This document shows positions 57,325 to 64,000 of a DNA stretch of 64,000 nucleotides, one piece after another. Position 1 is the stretch's first letter. Every line of letters starts with the position of its first letter. The notes beneath the pieces were generated by a model. That model did no database searches and was not told the DNA's origin. It saw nothing but the letters and a program-made list of their open reading frames with translations. The position numbers and the translations under genes were made by a program. Source of the DNA: an uncultured archaeon (GTDB taxonomy: Archaea > Iainarchaeota > Iainarchaeia > Iainarchaeales > VGJJ01); the NCBI GenBank assembly GCA_964363635.1, contig CAYIIU010000001.1, positions 5,112 through 69,111 on the forward strand, given 5' to 3'.

Positions 57325-57528
57325 ATGGATGAAGAAACAACTACCATTGCTGTGAAGAAGACTACCCTTTGGCTTTTGCGTGAGCTAAAACAGGAGTGGA
57401 AGACCCCCTCTTTTGACGACACCATCCAGAAAATGATTGCCAAAACCAAGAAGCCTAAAAAATCATTTTTTGGTGCGTTCCCCGAGTTACCATCTTTCAG
57501 GAGGGAAGAACTTGACCGTTTTACTTGA
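57325..57528 (+). CDS. VapB-like antitoxin
   Basis: TTIAV...L..LK....SFDDTI; KSFFGAFP. Confidence 0.8.
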   Translation: MDEETTTIAVKKTTLWLLRELKQEWKTPSFDDTIQKMIAKTKKPKKSFFGAFPELPSFRREELDRFT

Positions 57529-57883
57529 TTCATGGGCGTGGATTGAATACACTCGCCGCAGTCCGCGAAGTGAAAAAATCCGAAACTATATCGAAGGAGA
57601 TGAACCTGTTATTTTAAGCGCAATTAATATCGCTGAAGTTTATCGATTTTTTTTGGCCAATAAACCGCGTGAAACTGAACACTTTGTTGCATTCATATTA
57701 GCACGCGCAAGTGTCATTCCGGTGGACATATCCATTGCAAAAGATGCGGCCAAAATAAGACATGAGAAAAAATTTGGATTGGGCGATGCTATTGTATTAG
57801 CAACTGGTCAACAAAAAAATGCGAAAATCATTACAGGCGATTCTGATTTCAGAAATGAAAAAAATGTCGAAATAATTACCTAA
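57512..57883 (+). CDS. PIN domain (VapC) toxin
   Basis: TTG start, LLDSWAWIEY, AE, GDA, TGDSDF. Confidence 0.92.
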   Translation: MTVLLDSWAWIEYTRRSPRSEKIRNYIEGDEPVILSAINIAEVYRFFLANKPRETEHFVAFILARASVIPVDISIAKDAAKIRHEKKFGLGDAIVLATGQQKNAKIITGDSDFRNEKNVEIIT

Positions 57884-57885
57884 AA

Positions 57886-58614
57886 TTACAAAATCATGTG
57901 CGCTAAATAGTACTGCATCTTGGCCTTTCCGATGGGATAGGTGATGCGCATGGGAGCATCGGATTTGAATTCGAGGAGGATGGGCGAATCGTTATCGGCT
58001 TCCTTGATTACATTCGAGAGAAAATTCAATGAGTATTTTGACGTGACATTCACACTCGTGTGCACGGAAATCATGTGCGATTGTTTGGAAACGGTTTTGA
58101 GAATACCGGGAGAACCTTTGGCTTCGATTCCGAATTTTCCATCCTTGACTTTAACGACAACACTCGAACCGAAAATTTGCGCATCCTTGAGGGCTTCTTT
58201 GAGGAGGCGAGCGTTGACTTCAACCTTCGCATCAAAATTCTGCGCCGGAAGTTTCAATTCTTTTTCACTCTCCGAAACATCAATCAACGGGAGTTGAAAG
58301 GAACGCGAAAAATCCCCCTCCAAATTGAGCGTGATTTCACTCTCGCCCACGTCCAACAACAACTTGTCGTTCGGAAGCGAGCGCGCGAGCATACGCGAAA
58401 ACTCTACAACATCCACTCCCACGAAGGTGGGCTCAAGGTCATAGGTTGAGAACGCGCCTTTTTCGATGAAGCAGTCCACGAGAACGATTTGAGAAGGGTC
58501 CACCGCACGCAGGCTGATTCCTTTTTCGGAAAAGCGGAAGTTCCCCTCCGAAATGAAAGAGGAAATGGCATCAATGGCCTTCTTGAATGAGTTCACGTCC
58601 TGGGTTTCAATCAT
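57886..58614 (-). CDS. pcn: PCNA sliding clamp, divergent paralog
   Basis: AVDPSQIVLVD, KYSLNFL, DAPMRI.Y, YYLAHMI. Confidence 0.9.
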   Translation of the reverse strand: MIETQDVNSFKKAIDAISSFISEGNFRFSEKGISLRAVDPSQIVLVDCFIEKGAFSTYDLEPTFVGVDVVEFSRMLARSLPNDKLLLDVGESEITLNLEGDFSRSFQLPLIDVSESEKELKLPAQNFDAKVEVNARLLKEALKDAQIFGSSVVVKVKDGKFGIEAKGSPGILKTVSKQSHMISVHTSVNVTSKYSLNFLSNVIKEADNDSPILLEFKSDAPMRITYPIGKAKMQYYLAHMIL

Positions 58615-58624
58615 ACGAACTAGG

Positions 58625-58652
58625 TTTTCCCCGGGCTTTTGGTAAAAGGCCG
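58625..58652 (+). repeat. tailed hairpin repeat, copy 10
   Basis: TTTTCCC-CGGGCTTTT-GGT-AAAAGGCCG with one G:G mismatch. Confidence 0.65.
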
Positions 58653-58670
58653 AATCATCGTACGTTAAAT

Positions 58671-59279
58671 ATGCCCCCGATGTTTAAAGAAATACCGGGT
58701 GAAAAACACATAGCAAAAACGACCGAAATGGGAATGGGACACGTCCTCGCATGGGGATTGCGCGGGATTCTAGTGCTCGGAATGGTAGGATACGTGCTCG
58801 AACTCAAGTTTGTTTTAGCCGGAATTTTATTGATGAGCTTTGCGGGGAGCGGACTCATCTATTACGTTTGTAAACATTATTTTGGAAAGACCGGAGAATA
58901 TTTGGACGTGCTTTTTGCACTTTTAGTGGTGTTCAACAATTATTTCGGAGTGGTGTTAGACTTTTACCACACCGTGCCGGGGTGGGACATCGCCACGCAT
59001 TACACGACGAGCGCGTTTTTGGCCGTTTCTGCGCTGGTGCTCATGCAGCGCGCGTATGGGGTGGTGTTAACGGAGGCGCCGCAAATGATTATTGTCATCG
59101 CCATGATTCTGTTTAGTTTGGGACTGGGCGGCGTGTGGGAGATTGGAGAATTTACCTCCGATTTTTTGCGCGGAACGGACTTCCAACATGGTCTCGTGAA
59201 TACGATGCAGGACTTGATTATTGACATGTTCGCGGGACTCATTGTTGGAATGGCGTGGGTGAAGACGCGGAGAAAATAG
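58671..59279 (+). CDS. membrane protein, DUF2238-like putative metal-binding hydrolase
   Basis: WDIATH, WEIGE, NTMQDLIID in TM helices. Confidence 0.7.
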   Translation: MPPMFKEIPGEKHIAKTTEMGMGHVLAWGLRGILVLGMVGYVLELKFVLAGILLMSFAGSGLIYYVCKHYFGKTGEYLDVLFALLVVFNNYFGVVLDFYHTVPGWDIATHYTTSAFLAVSALVLMQRAYGVVLTEAPQMIIVIAMILFSLGLGGVWEIGEFTSDFLRGTDFQHGLVNTMQDLIIDMFAGLIVGMAWVKTRRK

Positions 59280-59294
59280 CACTACCTTTTTGTT

Positions 59295-59699
59295 TTACGG
59301 ATTGGTTTGCTGCTGATAGACTGTCATACCTCGAATGGCATCGGCCAAAGACCCCTTACATTCGAGAGTACTGCCAGAAAACTCATAGTTTCCAAATTCA
59401 TCCGAAGAGAGAAAGCAGTCCATATTCAGAAGCACATTCTCAGGATTCCCTTCTCCATATACGTGACATTTGTCTTCAACCAACCCAACTACCTGCAGAC
59501 GCATTTTGCCTTCCCTGAAGTTATTTTCCAAATACCCTGACGAACACGTTTGAACAAGATTCTGAAAGCATAGTATCCCTCCATCTGCACAGTTTTTTCC
59601 TTTAATTTCTGGACGTGAAACCAGGCAACCCATCATAAAAACATATACAATGAGGATTGCTAGAACACAATTCCATTTTGTTGAATTAAATGATTCCAT
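59295..59699 (-). CDS. Cys-rich secreted or lipoprotein-like hypothetical protein
   Basis: Hydrophobic N-terminus ending in GC; six further Cys. Confidence 0.65.
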   Translation of the reverse strand: MESFNSTKWNCVLAILIVYVFMMGCLVSRPEIKGKNCADGGILCFQNLVQTCSSGYLENNFREGKMRLQVVGLVEDKCHVYGEGNPENVLLNMDCFLSSDEFGNYEFSGSTLECKGSLADAIRGMTVYQQQTNP

Positions 59700-59738
59700 G
59701 CCAGTGCATCGAATCAGGAATTAATAATCCTTACGGGA

Positions 59739-60488
59739 TCACGCGCTCTCAATCCGCGGCGCGAGGAAATAACGCAAGCGGGCTTCGCCGATGTGGTAAT
59801 TCAATTCTACCGGGGCGTTGTCTTTGATTTTGACGGTAACATCGGTGTCTCCGACGGCGGCTTTGAGCATGTCGCTAAGATAGTCTAATGGAAACATCGA
59901 GGAACAATCCTTCTTCACGCTCAAATCGGGCAAGGACTCGCTTCCTTTGGCGGTCTCGTTCAACAATTCTCCTTTGCTCGACGTGGCTTTGACATAAAAC
60001 ATATCCATCTTCGCGCCTAAAGTCAAATGGGTTGACAATAAGGAAGCATCTTTCAGCGCGTCCTGCAGCAAGCCGGCCTTGATTTTCACCGTGGCATCGA
60101 ATTCAATCTTGGGATTGGGCAATTCTCCAGAAGAAATGTCGATGAGGGGGACGGAAAATGTTCGCACGCTCGTTCCGCGGAACGTGACGCTCAACTTGGA
60201 CGAATCATCATCCAATTTCAACTCCACTTCATCGCTGGGTTTTGAACGCGACATTACTTGATTCAAGTATTCCAAGTCCATTCCGATGCGAATCGTTCCA
60301 TCCACGTGAAACTTTTTGAAGGCTTTCTTTTCCAATTCAAAATCGACCATGGAAATCTGGGAAGGGTCGGTGGCTTTCAATGTGACTCCCTTGTCGGAGA
60401 TTTCAAACTCGGCTTCGTCAATCAAAACCGCAATAGCATCGACGCTGCGCTTCAATACATCGGCACGTTCCAAAACAATATGCATCAT
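59739..60488 (-). CDS. pcn: PCNA sliding clamp
   Basis: ATDPSQISMVD, FPLDYL, YFLAPRIE. Confidence 0.95.
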   Translation of the reverse strand: MMHIVLERADVLKRSVDAIAVLIDEAEFEISDKGVTLKATDPSQISMVDFELEKKAFKKFHVDGTIRIGMDLEYLNQVMSRSKPSDEVELKLDDDSSKLSVTFRGTSVRTFSVPLIDISSGELPNPKIEFDATVKIKAGLLQDALKDASLLSTHLTLGAKMDMFYVKATSSKGELLNETAKGSESLPDLSVKKDCSSMFPLDYLSDMLKAAVGDTDVTVKIKDNAPVELNYHIGEARLRYFLAPRIESA

Positions 60489-60575
60489 ACTTCCAACCCC
60501 TTTATTCGATATATGATATTTTTTATCCAACCTAATTTGATATGAAGATACGCTGCCGAGAGATATAAAACTACG

Positions 60576-61346
60576 CTAAACGCGGGCATTTTGCCACGAG
60601 TCAACGAGGAGGAGTTTAATGTACCCTAAATAAGGGACCCACACGAGGGCTTTGCCTCTCACAAGGGAAAGGGGAACGGGATAGGGTGAAGGACACGATT
60701 TGGACGTGACGATCTGCCCGTTGGGAGAACCGGGAAGAAGGAGCTCATCCACGTTTCCGCAGTCTTGGTCTAGGGAAGGATTGTTATCCCCCTTCGTTAA
60801 AACAAAATATTCTCCATTCGAACGGATTTTGATGACCGCACGATGAATGATTTCGAGATTCTTGTGCGTGGAATTGTAGACGACAATGCTGCTCGACCCT
60901 TTTTTGGGAACATTCACCATTTGGCCGGTTTCCTTGAATGTGATGTTCCACCCGCCCGAACCATCCGAAGAATAGACGGCCAAATCGGAAAGAGACGTGT
61001 GACCAACGTCCACGCCGTCTAACACGACTTCGGGCGCGTTCACGTGCGCGCCATCCACGCCCTGCAAAATAACCACATCGCCTCGCGACATGGTGGGAAG
61101 CATGCTGCCGGAAACAACGATGACTAAGGGAGACTGCGTCTGCAAAATAAAACCAAAAATAGTGTACAATGTGTATGCGAAAACGAATGAGAAGACAATG
61201 TACACGGCCCAATTAACTATTTCATTATTGCTTGGATTAATTTTGGGAATAATATAATCATCCACATACGTAAACGGGTCGAGTTTTTCCCAAAAAGAAC
61301 GAGAACGTTTAACGCTCAAAACGGGCGCGCGGGATTTGATGGACAT
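60576..61346 (-). CDS. signal peptidase I (S26, archaeal/ER type)
   Basis: VSGSMLP..RGD, IIHR, TKGDNN, VPYLG. Confidence 0.92.
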   Translation of the reverse strand: MSIKSRAPVLSVKRSRSFWEKLDPFTYVDDYIIPKINPSNNEIVNWAVYIVFSFVFAYTLYTIFGFILQTQSPLVIVVSGSMLPTMSRGDVVILQGVDGAHVNAPEVVLDGVDVGHTSLSDLAVYSSDGSGGWNITFKETGQMVNVPKKGSSSIVVYNSTHKNLEIIHRAVIKIRSNGEYFVLTKGDNNPSLDQDCGNVDELLLPGSPNGQIVTSKSCPSPYPVPLSLVRGKALVWVPYLGYIKLLLVDSWQNARV

Positions 61347-61406
61347 GTTCTAAGTCAAACAGGAATGGGGTTAAAAAGAGCTGGGGGAAATGAAAGCGCG
61401 CACGCC

Positions 61407-61652
61407 TCACTCGTACACGTGACCCCGGTCGTCTAACCATGCAAACTGAATGGTCGTGTCATTTACTCTGTAAATAATTCGAAGATTCTCGATGCGCTCG
61501 CTCAAGTAGTGCTGCAGGGGCGCGTGAAGCGGTTTTCCCAACGCAGGATTTTCAACGATTTTCAAAATCTTTTTCTTAACGAGTTCTTGCTGATGTGGGT
61601 CCAACTTTTTATACTGTTTCTTGAAGCGCTCCGAATAGAAATAGTCGACCAT
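61407..61652 (-). CDS. RelE/StbE family toxin
   Basis: FKKQYKKL, NP.LGKPL..PL, RIIY. Confidence 0.9.
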   Translation of the reverse strand: MVDYFYSERFKKQYKKLDPHQQELVKKKILKIVENPALGKPLHAPLQHYLSERIENLRIIYRVNDTTIQFAWLDDRGHVYE

Positions 61653-61654
61653 TT

Positions 61655-61873
61655 TTATCGATCCAAATCGTCAATCATCGCTTGGATGGTTGTAAATTTT
61701 TTCCCTTTGCCCTGCTGAACTTCCTCCATTGCTTTCCAAAAATCGGGCTTGCTGAATAGTTGCAAATCTTCTAAATACGATTCAAATTCGCCCTTCAAAC
61801 GCGCAGCCTCTTTTCTCAGCGCGGGAATGGATTGGGCTTGCAGTAGGGTGGTATTCATTTTGGATCGCTTCAT
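61655..61873 (-). CDS. antitoxin
   Basis: LEDLQLFSKPDFWKAMEEVQQGK; upstream of RelE; start uncertain. Confidence 0.75.
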   Translation of the reverse strand: MKRSKMNTTLLQAQSIPALRKEAARLKGEFESYLEDLQLFSKPDFWKAMEEVQQGKGKKFTTIQAMIDDLDR

Positions 61874-61955
61874 ACAAAGTACGGGTTGAAGGTATTTATA
61901 TCTTTTTAGGCCAAACCGCCGAGAACGCCCTATGAAAAGATAGATTATATGAGAA

Positions 61956-62231
61956 TTACTTGAGCGCTTTATCCAACGCACTTTGCAATTCTTTCACATC
62001 TTCTTGAACGCGCTTCGCGGCTTCAAGCAGGACGGCCTTCGCGGGCTTGCCTTTGGTTTTCAACACAAACATGGCATCTTTGTCCATGGGGTGTTCAAGC
62101 TTGTACGCGACAAACTCCACATTGGCATCATCCACTAAATGAGACTTCAACAAGTTGGCAAACGTGTGCGTCTCGCCGAGTATTTTGAACTCAATGTGGT
62201 TGGCGGTCTTCTTCAAAAACTGGATTTCCAT
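61956..62231 (-). CDS. rpoL: RNA polymerase subunit Rpo11 (L)
   Basis: GETHTFANLL, AYKLEHP. Confidence 0.95.
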   Translation of the reverse strand: MEIQFLKKTANHIEFKILGETHTFANLLKSHLVDDANVEFVAYKLEHPMDKDAMFVLKTKGKPAKAVLLEAAKRVQEDVKELQSALDKALK

Positions 62232-62237
62232 ACGATA

Positions 62238-62798
62238 TCACTCCTGCTCCGTATTGGTTGCTTCAGGAAGCGTTTCTTTCCCGTCGCGCATACTCTGAAT
62301 AACATCATCTCGCGACAAAATCTTTCCTAACCCTTTGTCGGCGGTCATTAGTTCAGTAGAATAACGTGTAACGGACGAAACTTTCGCACGCACAAAATCG
62401 CCTATTTGAAACAAGTCATGCATGGAACGGACGAAATCGCGCGACGCTCGTGAAACTCCTATGGCGCCCGTGGCGTCGAAGATTTGGCGCTTCTGACCAT
62501 TCTTCTCCGCGTAACCGATCGTCATCAAGGCCACGGCGTCTTTCACTAGGGTAATGCGCCCCACCACGATGGAACCCACTTCCACCCCTTTGGCATTGTG
62601 GTGTTCATTCTGGACGTGCACTTCGCGCGCGTCTTCGTTGAACGTGACGTGGCCGGCCGTGGTGGAAATGACATTCCCTTCGTCATCGGTATACGTGTTC
62701 GTGCCGGGCTCGTATTCTTCCTCGACTGTGAGTCGTTGACCGGGCAATACAATCTTTTTGGAATCAGCCATAGGGGTTTTCACCGAGTGTTTTACCAT
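62238..62798 (-). CDS. csl4: exosome subunit Csl4 lacking the Zn ribbon
   Basis: VLPG..L..EEE..PG..TY, S1 domain GSIVVG, FQIGDFVRAKV, GLG; upstream of rpoL; start may be 62771. Confidence 0.88.
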   Translation of the reverse strand: MVKHSVKTPMADSKKIVLPGQRLTVEEEYEPGTNTYTDDEGNVISTTAGHVTFNEDAREVHVQNEHHNAKGVEVGSIVVGRITLVKDAVALMTIGYAEKNGQKRQIFDATGAIGVSRASRDFVRSMHDLFQIGDFVRAKVSSVTRYSTELMTADKGLGKILSRDDVIQSMRDGKETLPEATNTEQE

Positions 62799-62870
62799 CG
62801 TTATAGCGGATGGTCGATATACGAAAAGGCCACGGAATGGTTTTAAATACCCCAACATGGGCGTTGCGTA

Positions 62871-63827
62871 ATGGTCCTAGAAACACTCCTTCCAAGCTCC
62901 ATTGCGAGGCAAAAACCCCATTACATGATGGTCATCGCCTTCCTCTTTGCCATCGTGGGGATGTGGCTGGCCTACTTCATTTTCCCCTATTCCGCGTCCA
63001 TTTTGACGATTGCATTCATTGTAATCGCGGCCGAACCCCTTATGCGAAGGACTTTTTTGCAGGAAGAGGATGAGGAGGCCCGCGCGCCCGGACCCGCGGC
63101 AACGTTTTTGGAACGACACTTTGACATCATCGTCATGTATTCATGGTTTTTCGTGGGACTCGTAATTGCATTCATGGCATGGTACATCATCCTCCCCGCC
63201 GCGACGCCGGAACGATGTCTAACAGACGGATTGTGCGGAGAGTTTCCCACGCGCACGAGTATTTTTGCGGAACAAGAACGCCAACTCGGAGGCATTGCGC
63301 AGCTGCGCGATAGCGCCAATTTGGGAACAACGGGAAATTTTATTTTGCCACTCACGGGATTTGGAGTTCCCCCAACTATTCAGGGAGATTTTTGGGGAAT
63401 CGTGCAGTTTTTGTTTGCCAATAATACCACGGTGCTATTACTGGCGATTTTATTTTCATTTTTGTTCGGAGAAGGGGCGCTGTTTTTGATTTCATGGAAC
63501 GCGAGCATCATTGGAACGGTGATGGGAAAGATTTCCGCGCAGGCCATGGCATTGAGTCCGACGCACGATATCATTTCAATCATTTATTCACTGGGATATG
63601 GAATCTACCACGGAATAGGATTTGTTCCGCACGGAATACCCGAAATTGGAGCGTATTACATCGGCGCCATCGCAGGGGGAATCATTTCCGCGAGCATGGC
63701 CAAACAAGCGTATCGGAAAGACGAATTCAAAATCATTGCCAAAGACGCGGCTGGGTTGATTATCATCGCAGTGATACTGCTCTTTGTGGGCGCGATGATC
63801 GAAAGCTATTTGTGGATGACGGCGTGA
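62871..63827 (+). CDS. SpoIIM family membrane protein
   Basis: FANN, WNA, PHGIPEI, GAMIE. Confidence 0.88.
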   Translation: MVLETLLPSSIARQKPHYMMVIAFLFAIVGMWLAYFIFPYSASILTIAFIVIAAEPLMRRTFLQEEDEEARAPGPAATFLERHFDIIVMYSWFFVGLVIAFMAWYIILPAATPERCLTDGLCGEFPTRTSIFAEQERQLGGIAQLRDSANLGTTGNFILPLTGFGVPPTIQGDFWGIVQFLFANNTTVLLLAILFSFLFGEGALFLISWNASIIGTVMGKISAQAMALSPTHDIISIIYSLGYGIYHGIGFVPHGIPEIGAYYIGAIAGGIISASMAKQAYRKDEFKIIAKDAAGLIIIAVILLFVGAMIESYLWMTA

Positions 63828-64000
63828 TTATTCTATGTTCCTCTTAACTCGAATGATCCAGCCCGCGCCACCAACGTAGGTGTCTGTAGAGAAGGATTCA
63901 GATAATTCATCTCTTAATTTCTCTTGAATACGCCTTGCTAAATGCTGAGGAACATCCACAACCAAAAGTCCGCCAAGTGCTAATTTGTCACATAGTTTTC
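63828..64000 (-). CDS. 3' end of a probable methyltransferase (partial)
   Basis: Open frame KLCDKLALGGLLVVDVP...WIIRVKRNIE*, matching the L.PGG.L motif. Confidence 0.5.
   Translation of the reverse strand, partial: KLCDKLALGGLLVVDVPQHLARRIQEKLRDELSESFSTDTYVGGAGWIIRVKRNIE

Overview
Chromosomal window of an archaeon. The gene content points to DPANN, probably Iainarchaeota/Micrarchaeota-like; this is an inference from separate full-size PriS and PriL, an MJ0822-type S-layer, and compact, probably leaderless genes. Most genes handle information processing: MCM with two inteins, MinD with an intein, aIF5A, aIF2 alpha and beta, aIF1A-Rio1-Dim2-Top6B-Top6A, Mre11, uL16, Dph2, aRF1, TruD, and an interrupted Csl4-RpoL-PCNA-PCNA-PriL-PriS-GINS-aIF2alpha-PAC2 superoperon. 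There are three tRNAs (Ala-GGC, Gly-TCC, Cys-GCA), six type II toxin-antitoxin pairs and several basic orphan genes. No rRNA, CRISPR array, integrase or transposase was seen. The strongest unexplained signal is a dispersed family of about 10 tailed hairpins (TTTT-NNN tail, then a covarying stem with a TTTT-loop-AAAA core). Two copies end exactly on G1 of tRNA genes, two sites carry back-to-back doublets, and one doublet is nested in the loop of a third copy within a larger structured intergenic region. Other highlights are two integrase-free micro-islets bounded by duplicated gene 3' ends (tRNA-Cys with RelBE; top6A with DinD), a DUF2226-like / roadblock-like / intein-MinD module, and a sigma70-region-4-like orphan. 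All calls come from reading the sequence; no database search was run.
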